Position numbers and translations under genes: made by a program. Below are positions 25,929 through 38,929 of a stretch of DNA of 64,000 nt, piece after piece. The DNA comes from Hydrolagus affinis (lineage: Eukaryota). Numbering within the stretch: position 1 is the stretch's first letter; the number at the start of each line of letters is the position of its first letter. Where the stretch lies: the NCBI GenBank assembly GCA_012026655.1, contig JAAILG010000078.1:62001-126000 (forward strand), given 5' to 3'. Under the pieces are notes generated by a model, which was not told the DNA's origin, did no database searches, and saw only the letters and a list, made by a program, of their open reading frames with translations.

Positions 25929-27551
25929 TATTTAACTAAACTTGCAGGCAAAGACTATATTGTACCCCTTCCTTATTGTACAGAATTATGTGATTTATGA
26001 CAGTCTGATATTGATCAGAAAATAGAATAAAGGACTGGTCAAACTAACTTCATTGAGGGCACTTATAGCCATTTAATAGAGAGAAAGCTGTTTAGCCATT
26101 CTCGCTGGAATCAAGCGCCCAAGGCAACAGGATGAAACCAACTATGCCACCCAGTCCCCTAAAAATGTACGGGCATAATATGATAGGCATTTAATTGATA
26201 CACAACTCTTTAAATAATTGATATAACCCCTCAATCATATCAAAGAACACCAATTAATTTCACATAGTGTATGATAATCGATTGGGTGAGATTATAAAAG
26301 CCTTTGAAAATAACCAGCATCTTTCGTTAATACATGTAAAGAATTAATTCAGATCTTTTTCAAATCTATCAAATCAAAAGTCCAGTGTAGGAATCAAAAT
26401 GCAATGCTATTCAGCACTGCAGATATCACAATAAAAGTCAGGTGTTTTGCACAAATATGTAATTTCCAAGCAACCGGGCATTTTGTGTACTTGTCAATAA
26501 AAGTGGAAGCAACAATGCAGTTAAGCATCTTATGTGAATATATTTATTGAGAACACTTTGATCCCTTGGATAAGAGTAGTGTGCCTGAAAGAAAGTGTCA
26601 TGCAACTTTTTAATCTGTCAGAGGGGGAAATATTCCTTTCATTTCAAATAATATTCAGAAGGAGAGTCTGAATAAATCCAAAATGTTTAAAGTTACTGAA
26701 AATTGAAATGGATATAGGTCAAGCACCTATTTCTAAAACTCACGTAGGAAAAATTTGAGTTAGACATCGATTAATCTATCAAGTTTGGACTTGATTTCTC
26801 TGAAACCCATGACAGATAAATAGACCACAACATATGTTTGTGCGACAATTGATTTACATTTTATGTGTGTAAATTTAATAATAGGTTATTGACATTGAAT
26901 GGATTGAGGTCTGTCTAGAAACATTAGGGTCAGTCCACAGCACCTATGGTTCAGCTGACTTCACAGAGAGTCAATAACCTAGTTATTAGTCATTTTGATC
27001 AGTTTGGTTCACAATGCAGACAGTTTGTCCAAAGCCATAGAGATTTGCTAACCTATGACCACTTCTCATTAACCTTTTGGCTGCTGACTTTGTAGGAATT
27101 TTGCTATTTTTATTACTTTCTTACTTAGTCATTTTTAACAGAGAATCCAGAAAAATGAATAATAAGCATGCATGATATGATGCACTTCAACAGGAAGAAG
27201 AGTCCAGAAAGAATAATTTCTGTTCTAAGTATGTTGCCTAGTTTTTTTTTATATAAAATAGATTTGTTGTAGAATAAAATCAAAACTTTTCCACATTATG
27301 GAGCTCCCCCATTGAAGGCCATCCCAGTTATGTTACAAAAGCTGCATTTGCGCCAGAGTGGCTCAACGGAGTTTAATGGAGTGAGTGCTGTCGACTGGCC
27401 TGGCACTGAACCCAGAGCCCCCTCCCCAGGATATTGAAGCTCAGGTTGGGCATTAATACATACAATCTTGTATCATGCTTTCGGGCAACATCAGATTGTT
27501 CACCCCCACCAAGTAACTTAAAATATGCCTGGACATCGATCAATCAATCCA

Positions 27552-27833
27552 AACTTACATTTGTATAGCTCCTTTCACGTCGCGAGGATGTCCCAAGGTG
27601 CTGTACAGTCAGGTAGGGACAAGAGCAGGTGGGAAGGGGTCGGGGCAGGATGAAAGAGTAGGAGAATTGACTTTTTTGTGGGCGAAATGCGGCAGCCAAA
27701 TTGTGCACATCAATGTCGCACAAACAGCCATGGAAGTGGGGTTAGGGGAGAAAGGGGGGAAAGATGGCAAGGGGAGGGGTTGGGGTAGGGGGAAGGAGAG
27801 CAGGAAAACCGATCGTACATTTGTGGGCGAAAT
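27552..27833 (-). mobile_element. Chimeric L2-tail / SINE-core element
   Basis: L2 tail 27552-27665, SINE core 27675-27732, G-rich segment, then a second tttgtgggcgaaat at 27820-27833. Confidence 0.7.
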
Positions 27834-29465
27834 AAGCCTGGACATATGTGGCTCATCCATTAGTGATGTATCAAAGCAAACTAAGACGAGGGTGAGGGTA
27901 TTACAGGCAATGAAAAGTGACGGTGCCTCACCACAACAAAATATTTTCTTTCACACCTCAGTGTCTAGTGAGAATACTACATACTGAAAGTACTGGCTCT
28001 AGTCTTTTTTCTATCCATTTAAAGTCTTGTCCTCATTCCCTGTCTCCAATGTGCAGTACTCGGGTGATCATTCTGTTCCAGGAATGACGACTTTGGTTTG
28101 TTGTTTAGCTGCGTATTGACTCAATTAAGAATCCTACCTCAGCAAGCCTCATTTCTTCCCACAACACCAGACAATGAAGCATCGTAACACTGAAACAACC
28201 AACAAAAGCAACTCATGTGCAAACACAATTATATCTGAATCAAAAAAACCCTATAAATTCAAATTATTTAAACAATAGGGAGTCTGGTTTGATTAATATC
28301 ATTGAAAGGCTTCATTTACTCCCAGTATCTGAAATCTCCTTTAATGTAGTTACATACATCAAGGAAATGATCACATAGTAGTGAGACTATAAGAGTGCAT
28401 CACTGGGTATAAAAGGCACAGTCAATCAAAATGAAGAATTGTGGTTGTGTGGATTTTAATCCACTACCATATGTACCGCATGGTGCAAAGAGAATCTGCA
28501 GGCAGGTGGTGCTGGTTTGGAGAGAATAAGTTAAAGAAACACACTCCGATACTGTTTGATTTGATTGCTCAATGTGTCACATTAGTACCAGTGAAGCTGT
28601 TAGTAGTTAAGGCCTGTGAATGTGCAGATGGGAGCAGGAATACAATGAATCCTTTGTGAATGCAAGAATCCTATTCAAGTAACTGTGGGGTGAATGTTTT
28701 CATTTAAAGAAGACTTTTCTGCATTACTTTGGTGAAAATCGTTCCTTATAAATGCAAGATTCATCAGTATTATTTATGTGTCAAATTCGGCAGGTGATTT
28801 CAACCTGTCATTTTACAAAAATACACCTTTTATTATCTTTTATCAAATGACAACTGAGAAATCCCTTGTCCACAGCATCACTTAGTAGTGGCACTGATAG
28901 CTCAGGAGGACCTTCACACTTCAGTGACAATATGCTTTACTGTCAGTGGGTGAAGAAAATTCACACTGATGTTGTGCCAAACGTATCAATCAGGTACATT
29001 TTTGCAGCTAGGATTTATCCTCTGCATGTTTTATTTTTCATTTGTTCTTTTTTTTCTGATCTGTTCAAGATGACTGGTGAATATAAACAACACGTGTTGC
29101 AAATTTTGCTGTGTATTTTACAATAGAGAAATCTATTACTTAGATCCTTGAGATAAAGGAATTTCTCAGTTAGACTTGACAGATGTTCATTAGTCGAGCA
29201 GAAATTAGTCATTTTGTGTACTCTGTCTCCCTCTGCAGGATTGTTTATACAGATAGTTCTTGAAGTTAACATTCAGAATGATTCACAAGTTTATTCCATA
29301 AATTTAGCTGTGATATTATTAGAGGATACAGTGACTAGATTAGTTCCTACTAAGGTTTGATTAATTATTTCACAATAATTATCATCACGGTGAATTCTTT
29401 AATGTGAGCATCATCACACATCTCTTAACTGTGGGCACCACTAACCATGAGCATCCACCACAATG

Positions 29466-29766
29466 ATAATAATCCTTGCATTTGATATAGCACTTTTCAT
29501 GTCTTCTAAACGTCTCAAAGCTCTTCAAAGAATATTCTGTAAAGTGAATTGACTATATTTGTGGGCGAAACGCGGCAGCCAATTGCGCACAGCAGTGTCC
29601 CACAAACAGTCATGGATTGAAATGACCAATTTTATTATTGTTTTTTTTTGAGGGATTATTAGGTGTGTGGAGTAAGGAAACTTGCCCATGGTTTCACCCT
29701 GACCTGCTTGGATTTGAACACAGGTCTCATGCTTGTAAGACGAGTGCTTTAACCATCAAGCTACAG
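29466..29766 (-). mobile_element. SINE, full length
   Basis: Tail, body and head all present, close to the other intact copies. Confidence 0.93.
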
Positions 29767-30173
29767 CAATTCACAACACAACAAATTTACATCCGGGATC
29801 TTTTAAACTAGCGAGTTTCAACCTCAGGCACTGAGTGTGTACTTCTTCAGAAGGATGCAAAACCCAAGGAAGAATTATTGCCGGGCTACTCTTGCATTCC
29901 TTTTTCAAGTCAGTCACATATGTATTGGAAGAACCTCTCACAAGATTCCTAAATTGGTTTGGATGATGAAGGGACAAAATTAAGTGCAAGACCGATGAAA
30001 TTTGGGATTAAAGTTCGAACCAGGTGGGAGACAGCAGTGATAGCTCTGACTGAAAAAGTCCTCAGTTGCTAGGAAAGGAGCAACTTTCATACAGCAATGG
30101 AGTTGAATCCTAGAGGAAACGCCCTCTCCTTCCTCGATGGACCTGTTTTGGGCATATGATTTACCTGAATTAC

Positions 30174-30227
30174 CTGCAGTCTGGAAAGGTTTTGGATTCG
30201 TGCTTCACAGGTCCTCATCTCACATGG
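30174..30227 (-). CDS. Candidate 54-nt exon PCEMRTCEARIQNLSRLQ
   Basis: Minus strand: atatctttttcttcag|CCATGT...CTGCAG|gtaatt; only the phase-0 frame is open; phase-compatible with 22388-22447. Confidence 0.4.
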
Positions 30228-32631
30228 CTGAAGAAAAAGATATTTATAAACCCAAACTCACCCTCTATTTTTAATTTGTTTACTTCCCTCTGGTTCAGTC
30301 TCATTGTACAATTCACATTCTTGGTTAGGCCAAATGGCCAGCTTGTTCTGAGGCTATCATTGTCCTGTTCTTGAACCAGCGCAGTGAGTTTCCTTTTCTT
30401 CCTGTGCAGAAGTAGCCAGTCTCTGTTTGGCAGCTCTTCTGTTGCCGTCAGTTGAGATCAGCTAGTTGTCATCCTGGGGAATGTTGAGCACAGCCCTACT
30501 GGTGCTGTGATGCATCAGCTTTGTGTATTTTAAGAGATGACTGCTGACTCCTTTTTTTTTCTGTTTTTTCTGTTTTCTAGTTTAAGTTTGATGGAAAGTG
30601 AGATGTTTCAAAGAACTGCTTTAGCGACCATCAGTCTGTGTAATAGTGTAATAAGCAAGCAGGAGGCCGATGCATTCTCCTCATGATCCAAAAACTATTC
30701 ACATAAAGAAATGTCTTTCAAAATCCTTGACTGATATTACCCTGCAGTCCCTGGTGAGATCTGATCATGTTAAACATCCAAAAATTCACACTGGCTTCCG
30801 TCCAGCTGGAATTACATTCAAAGTTACTACAGGCTCTATCAGTGACAGGCACTATGCAGATTATCGTTTGCCAACAGGATGACCACTGCTGGGGGCTGCC
30901 CAAAGCAGGAAAATCCTTGTCCTTAGATAACAAAGCCAACGCTTTCATTTACCACCAGTGGTCACCATGATGGGAGAGAGAACACTGATAAATTCAACCA
31001 CATTGATTATGATTCAGCTGAGGGAAAGCAAGGCAAATGTTTTAGCACCAGCCTGTCTCAAAACTTTAAAAGCTGATGGGGTGAAAAATGGGATGTTTCA
31101 TAACAGATTTAATGTGACATCGAATCTATTACGAAACATAGTATTTTTCACCCCAATAAACAAGCACAGCTTCACAGGGAGTTACATTCATCACAATCAT
31201 TATTCATTTCATAATTTGTCTAACAGCAAAATGCTAAATTTATGCACAAGTTCTCTTAGCTAAATCAAGGTTCTTTTTAAGAATCTCAGCCGCAGACTGT
31301 GCGGCAAGATTGACCTGTTTAGCTTGTGCGAGAAAGTTCAGAGGTGGCATATGGAATTCTGTCAACTGAACTCTTTTGTCAGTTAGTGTTCAACTGCTTG
31401 ATTCCTGTTTTGTTTCTACTCTTCCCCAGCACGTAGCACATGTACAGGAAGGAAGATTAAAGTTCAGGAGAAGGGGAACTCAAATATCTGTGAGAAAGAT
31501 TCACCACTAAAATAATGACTGAAATGTCAAACATCTTGCATTGGCTCAGCGTTTTATATGTTTGCACTTGTCAAAAAAAAAATCCTTGCTCCATAGACTC
31601 TTTGATGACTTTTGACATGTTTGATATCAAGCACTGATATCACAGTGAATATTAACTCTTATCTGCAACTGGCAATAACTAGAGTATGTACTGTTCACAC
31701 ATATTGTCTTGTTCAAGTGAACATTTTTTGAAACTGAATCATGCGGCTCAGTGTGTAAACACTTCCATTTACACTTCCATTTGTTGAGTTTTTGGCGGAG
31801 CTCAGTCTGTTGTACGGAATGTGCCATTTACGTCTGGTGAGATCACGCAAAGTCTAATTCGTTTGCGATGGGGGCCGTGGTGAGAAATTATATGAAAGGG
31901 AAAGATCAAGGCTGCACTGGTCGTTGGATGTCAATTTCAAGGAAGAAATGGGAGGTTTCTTATCAGGCACCAACAATAATTTCCTCATCAGTAAGAGTGG
32001 GGAGGGGCTCAAAATATATTGTTTTCAGGCATTCTCAATTAATTTATATTATCAAACATGATATCCGAGGGTAGACTAACTGATACGTTTTATGTCTGAA
32101 AATGATCAATATTGAGACAACCTTATTGAAAACTTCTGCCTGACTCACTCTTTGATCACAAGCTCAACTACTGGACGTGAGCAGGTTCAAACTACAGTCG
32201 CATGTCTGATGGTTTTAAGAGATAAATGCTTGAGTGTTCGCCCTGCTAGAGCTGAACTGTACTCTTAGAACAGCCCTCACCTGTCATTCTAATCTGTAGT
32301 CCCTAATGAAGGAAAACACATGCGAGTGTCTAAAATAGCCCCAAACTAAACTAGTTGAACTGGATAGATAAGGAATTAGCTTTCGGGCCATGGAGATGCC
32401 AGACTAGTTGAAAAACTATATATATCACCATTAAGTACCCTCATGGTACAATCAAAATATTCAGAAGCAAAATACAGGGAAAAAAACTTGAAATATTTGG
32501 TAATATATTAAAGTTGCCTAAAGTAATCTCACAATTTATTTCCCAAAAGAATAAACTACATGCTCCAAAACGCTTGGAATTACTGCAGGCGACCTCCATA
32601 TTAATGCTCTTCAGTAAAGGACTGCCTTGCT

Positions 32632-32909
32632 TATAATCCTTGCATTTATAGTGCCTTACCACGTGTTTGAGATGTCTTAAATCACTTCACAGAACAAACT
32701 GTAAAGTGAATTGATTGTATATTTTGTGGGCAAAACGCGGCATCAAATTGCACACAACAGTATCCCACAAACAGTCATCTGACTTACTGTCAAGTGACTT
32801 TTGTTTATTATTGTTACCCCGAGAAAAGCGATCCTACTGACAACTGCTAGGCAAACATAGGTGTGCAGAGTAAGGAAACTTGCCCAACATTTTGTCCTGA
32901 TGGGAATCA
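32632..32909 (-). mobile_element. SINE 3' part of a copy split by an L2 insertion
   Basis: Tail and body up to gggaatcaa (within the B box); the remainder is at 33398-33450. Confidence 0.85.
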
Positions 32910-32914
32910 ATAAC

Positions 32915-33360
32915 TACGACAACAAAATTACACTTGTATAATGCCTTTCTCGTCAGAAGGACTTCCCAAGGCGCTGGACAGACATTGTTTCAGACCCAAG
33001 CTAGGGACAAGGAGGTTGGAAGGAAAGGGTGGGATTTGGAGTGACCAATGGGATCATTGAAGAGGAGGGACGTGAGACTCTGCCTCATCCCCTCAAGGAA
33101 GCCAGGGAGGGGGTGAGGCAGAGGGACTGTGAGATGGAGTTCCAGAGGTATGGGATGGAGTGGCTAAAGCTTCACCCTCTAATGGACGTGGAGCAGACCA
33201 GAGCCTGCTGAGTGGATGGGGCGGACAGGTTGGTTAGGAGGTCACGGATGTAGGGTAGGGCGAGGCCATGGAGGGCTTTGAAGGTAAGGACCAGGATTTT
33301 GAATTGGATCCTCTGGATGATGGGGAGCCAATGGAGTCAGGCAAGGACAGGGGAGATGGG
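32915..33360 (-). mobile_element. L2 LINE 3' end
   Basis: caacaaaattacacttgtataatgcc tail; the minus frame includes SLCLTP / LHWL-like L2 ORF2 segments (ggggagccaatggag). Confidence 0.9.
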
Positions 33361-33397
33361 TTAATTTCTCTAATCCTCTCTCTCCAGCATGTATCAC

Positions 33398-33450
33398 ACT
33401 CAGGTCTCCTGCTTGCGAGGTGAGTGCCCAAATCACTGAGCTGCAGGACT
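33398..33450 (-). mobile_element. SINE tRNA head, continuation of 32632-32909
   Basis: caggtctcctgcttgcgaggtgagtgcccaaatcactgagctgcaggact. Confidence 0.8.
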
Positions 33451-33518
33451 ACACCTGCCTGTAGCTGGTCTACTATGGATTTATGATAACTGGAAGCAAA
33501 GAACCAAAGAACCCTAAC

Positions 33519-33590
33519 TGTTCAGCACCTTGCGACGTCCTCCCGATGTGAAAGGTGCTCTATGAATGTAATTTTGTTGTTGTTGTAGTA
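33519..33590 (+). mobile_element. Isolated L2 3' tail
   Basis: cagcaccttgcgacgtcctcccgatgtgaaaggtgctctatgaatgtaattttgttgttgttg. Confidence 0.85.
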
Positions 33591-33993
33591 GTGGTGCTTC
33601 CTGAGCAGAGCATACATGCACCCAATGCATACAAAGTGATCTTAGCGGCAACTTGATAATATGGAAATGGGGCATGTTTCTACTCCTCTCTTGTAATGAA
33701 GGGTCAATTGACCACTCGATAACAAGATTTTCCCTGCAACTGCAGTCTGAAATACTGGTTTAAAATGGGAGTAAATCAGGTCTCAATTTGAAAAGATTAG
33801 CAAATCCACATATCTGTCAAAATGGAAAATTTTCACTGTGGCTCTTTCGCTTTGCCTTTCTCTCATCCTCTCCCTCCAGCATATACAATTGTGTGACTGA
33901 TAGTGGTTACTTCTCTAGCATCTGTCAATTGCTCATCTGGGAGAACCTTTAAAGTAGCATAGAGTCCCATTAAAAAATATGTAAACACATAAT

Positions 33994-34200
33994 GGAGCCC
34001 TGTATCTCAGTGGTTAGAGCACTCGCCTCAAAAACGAGAGACCCGGCAGGGTGAAATCTTGGGCACTGCTGTGGGCAATTGGCTGCCCTGTTTTGCCCAT
34101 AAATAAACAGTCACTGCACTTTAAAGTATATTCTGTGAAGCGCTTTGACATGACTGAAAGACATGAAAACACTGTATCAAATGTAAGGAGTATTATTATT
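33994..34200 (+). mobile_element. SINE with internal deletions
   Basis: Head ggagccctgtatctcagtggttagagc, then cttgggca joined directly to ctgctgtgggcaattggctgcc; tail present. Confidence 0.88.
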
Positions 34201-35908
34201 GCTTTTTCCATTAATGCTTTCAGCCTCATCACTACGGGACCTGGAAATACAGCACTTCTCTCAATAACAAGTTAGATGGAATGCTAACCTATAGCAGGTT
34301 TGAATGTCTTCTCATATTGTAATTGATAACAAACTATAGTTCAATATGATAGTTTTAAATTCATAAAGTCATCAAATATTAAAATGATGCTTATCAAGCC
34401 ATCGGCTGAAACATTCTTACAGCCTTGTTAACTTATCACATTCCCAACATTTGGGAGATTTATAAAGTCTTCATGACCGATTGAGCAGTGAATTTGCCCA
34501 ACTGCCAGTCCGTCCGAAAGTTTCCTCTAATGAAAAAGGAACCAGATGGCCACTGCTGGTATCTGTGCTTCAGAAGTCAGAGTATGTTGTTCCTAAGTCA
34601 GGTTCAATGAAATGGGGGGTAATTTTGATTGATTTATGGATTAAATGATGCCCTACCTCCTCCAATGCACAACTAATGAGCCTGCGCCATAATGATTGGC
34701 TTTTCACTGCTGCAGGGCATCTCCTACTCACTGTTTCTGGGGAAAGTGATACAAGATTTAGACCTGGACCCCACCCTGAACTCTGTGCGTGACGCTGCGA
34801 GTCGGAAGTGTGGGGAAAAACATTAAAATGAAACAGGGAAATATCTCCCTGTTTCAATCGAAGGTCATCGATTTATTTTTTTGAAAAGGTATTTGCACTT
34901 TGACTTTCTTGGGTCAGTTGGGACCTTAGCCCCATTCCCCAATGAGAAGCCAAACAGCAGACCAGCTCCAAAGCCATCAATGCTTTTTCTTCTCAAATCA
35001 GCCAGGATTAACAAAGCCATGTTAAAACTGTAACTACCTAAAACAAATCAATACTCAACTTTAAAGAGGCAACATTTAGGGAGCATTATGGAATCGGGAG
35101 AGGAAATATCCTGCTTCTGATCTCCAGTGCATCGGGGACACATGTGTGCTTTCCTCGGTGAAATCACCCACAACTGTTTAAATACTGCATCTGCACTTAA
35201 AGAGAAGAGACACTTGGGTGATCTTCATAGGGCATCTGGCACCAGTGGATCTGTGATCCTGCCTGAAGATTGCGAAAGAATGAGGAGAAAACTGGATGGA
35301 AAATTTGAAAAGAAAAATACAGTGAATATAGAGGAAACAACACGTATTTGTCCTTCAATTAAAAAATTAGAATTGTACATTGGGGTATTAGTTCTGAATG
35401 TATGTACATAACTTCCTGGATAAACATGTATCCACTTTTATGGCGTTTGCCCATGCGTGAATGTGAAAATTGAGTGGTTGTGGGCTATTTGACCAGGAAA
35501 TGCCCTGCTTGTGTGACTGATCCCATCCTTACACATGTTCACAAGCAGGCTCAGCAGAGTGGAGATCAGATCAGAAATTTTATTTCAGTAGTAAGGTAAA
35601 CTGGAAATTAATAACACGGTGAGTTCAGCAGAAGCCTCCCCACAAAATCATAACATTTACAAGCCTGTGGCTAATCAATGTTACCCCCCTGGATTTGTTT
35701 GTTGTGGCTATAGTGAAGAGTAAAACACATCAACCAATACAGTACTTTGAACCAGAAAGGAAATTGTGTGCTTTGCTAGTTTAACAAGGAGTGACAAGGC
35801 TTCTTCAGAAATTGTATTTCAAACTACCAACAATCAATGCGTGGCAGAAATTCTGATGCAAAAAAGAAACAAGATTACACTAAAAACTATCCCAACCATG
35901 TGTATCTG

Positions 35909-35933
<25 letters not shown>
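35909..35933 (+). repeat. (TA)n microsatellite
   Basis: Perfect TA run. Confidence 0.95.
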
Positions 35934-35940
<7 letters not shown>

Positions 35941-38929
35941 TACACATATGGTGGCGATAGTTTTTAACATCACAGTTTATAACTAACACATTTCCTGGAT
36001 CCTGATTATCCTCCCTGTGTACCCTCCCCATGTCCCTTCCCCAGAGATGATCCGAGGTGAGCTGTGACCTCCTGTAAGACGTTTGGACTATAAATAATTT
36101 ACAATGTTTGTTCTCTATCCTTCTTAACAACAAGGTTTTATTGTTCAGATTACATAGTTTTATTTCTTATTCTAATTCTTTGTTATTCTTTGCATCTTGA
36201 ATGTTCCATAACAACAACACTGCAGCCTTCCCACGGGTAGTGTGACAGAGCAAATATTTTGTTCATATATTCATAATAAAATTATAATTTTTATTTTCAA
36301 TATAGCATTTGCTGGGGAGGAATGTGTCAACATACAATAAAACACTGATGTGTTAGAGCTATGCTTTGTGGGAGGAGGTGGTTGAGAATTAAACATCTAG
36401 ATTAGATGTAAAAACCATGAATGTCTTTCTCCAAGTTAAGTCTCTAAAAGTCTCAGTCATCAAGTGGTGCTTTAGCATGGGATGGATTAAAGAAGTAATA
36501 GAATTCTTACCATAGAGATCCTTCTGTTGTCCTTCCCCGTTGCCAATAAAATATAGTTGTAGGCCATGAGCAAGAGCAGGATAAGTGGGATCATATAGAG
36601 TTCAAAGTTCCAAACTAGAATAAGAAAGATCTAGACAAGATAAAAGGAAAAAATATTGTTGTCAAAATGGAATATCAACAGAACCATTGACACACGGCAT
36701 ATTTCTTAATTAAGGTTCTATTTTTGTAACCTTTTCTTGTCATGTATCTCTGTTCGTTTTACAACCAAATGATCATGTCCTGGCAGGAAGGATAGGCAAA
36801 TGTAGCCAACCCATAAGATCTAAAGGTAGACAGCATTGGAGAAGAGTGCCGTAGATCAGCATGGGAGGAATCGTATTTGAGACCTCAATGTTTTTAAAAA
36901 ATATATTTATAGCATTTATCAATTTATCTATTTCTTCAAGCATATACAGAAATCAAAACTTCTGTTGATTGATCCAATGACCTGGTTGACTACTGGATTT
37001 ACAGTGGTCACCTTATGTTCAATTATTTTAGTACTTATTTATTCAGTAAACTCACCAATAATATTTTATCAAAAACGGAGGCATTCAAACAGTGTAATGT
37101 TAAAAGCAATAGAATAGTTGTAGAATGACATAATCAAAAAAGAGAGTCAATATGAATTGAGATTATTTAATATATCTTCCTGTTAAAATCTGAATTTCAA
37201 TCATCTCGTGTAGCTTGCAAAGCAAAACATCGGGGATCCATCAAAATGATAGATTTGTAAAATCCCTTTTGTGGGTCATAGTCATGGCTTCCATCATCCA
37301 ACGTTTTGTAAAATTATCATCCTAGACACCAGCAAAAGCAAAGAAATTGATGCCTACAAGACAGATTGAATTTCTTTATTGATAAACTATGTTGTTCATT
37401 TTTGATACGATGGAGAAAATCTACTCAGTGCATCGATGATAGCTCCTATAAATGTACACACAAGGGTACCCGTGACTTTCTGACACCTCCAGCATTACAC
37501 ACTGAGAAAAGGCAAACTGCTCATTGCTAATTGTCTCCTAATATGATTGTTCCAGCTCAGCTGTCCCATATGCTGCAGATACAAATGTCACCTTCTCTAG
37601 GGTAAAGTTCTGCTGGCTTTAACCTACCTCAACAGCATTCTGCAGACCCTTCAGATATGTGCTTAAATATCCTCCGCAGACATCAGAATCACCCTCAATT
37701 TAAAAGGTGACATTGGAACTTGAAAATAATGAGCATCGCACCTACATCATTGGGTTAATCTGACATAATGTCTATCATCAACCACTGCCAGTTTTCCTCT
37801 GACAATTGTACAGGTCTTTGCCTGGGCCTTTAACAGAGCATTTCAAGTAATTAAAAAAATGCAAAGATCTTCAAAACTAGATCACAGCCCCATATGAAGC
37901 GCATAAACGACTATTAACGTTCTGTACTCGATCACCATATAGCTTCACTTTCTTTAGGCTTTACTTTCTTTACTAACTCACCTTATAAAGGGAATTTTGC
38001 CAGACAGTGTTCTCAATGCCAACCCATGCAGTTTTAGGCAGCATACCCCAATGCACAAACTGGGCTTCTCAAGCCATAGTTGTCAACTTGCGCTAAGACC
38101 CTCCAAAACTTGGTAAACAGTGTGCATCCCTTCAGGGGGAGCGGAAAATTAAAACCTAGATATGGCATATATATGTCTGGTTTGAGTACTCTTCAGATTG
38201 GTGATGGATTTCTGCATGTGTCAGATCCCTTACAGATCCAAGACAAGGTTTGGCTGTGTGGACCTTTCGCTATATTAAATTGAAAGCCACTCAAAAGCAC
38301 AAATAACTTGATGAACTACACTTTTTCAAACCCTTACTGTACACACAGGTTGAGACTATATCAATTATTTCATGGTAACTACCTTTATTTATAGAAGATG
38401 CATTTTGTATTAAGAAGCTGGGTGAAGGGCCAAGGCATGAAGTGTGTAGCTGCAGTAGGATTAGTAGGATAGCAGAGAAAGTGAGATAAGTGAAGAATTA
38501 AAGAACTTTAGTGAATTTTGTATTACCATCGAGTGTCATTTCGATTATTTTTTAGAGTGTTTTTTCTGAAAGACCCTAAAGTTCGCTTGACCCTATGCAA
38601 AAAATCTCAAGTCAGGGAGGATATGTTACATCAAAGTCATCAGGAAACAATTACAATGTCAGCACAGCAGTGTGAAGTCCAGCACTGTTTTTTTTAAACA
38701 GTGACCATGCCCTATTAGGGAAACCTAATACGTAGAGGTTTAATTTGCAAGATATGTAAACCATGTGTACTAAGGGAATTGCAAGTGCACTTGATATATA
38801 ATTAACAACCAATGAAAAGAATTCCAGAATCACCTAGTTTCCCTATTTTGCAAATTATACCCCATAATAGCATTACGTTGCTTCACTGGCACAAATCCAA
38901 ATCTGGGAACATGATAGAGGAAGCTTGCC

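Noticed and set aside
28138-28189. 52-nt minus-strand AG...GT segment
   Set aside because: Not phase-compatible without a stop, no homology; could be a chance pair of splice-like sites
37090-37106. 16/17 match to the start of mature miR-130a
   Set aside because: Mismatch in the seed and no complementary 5' arm, so no hairpin
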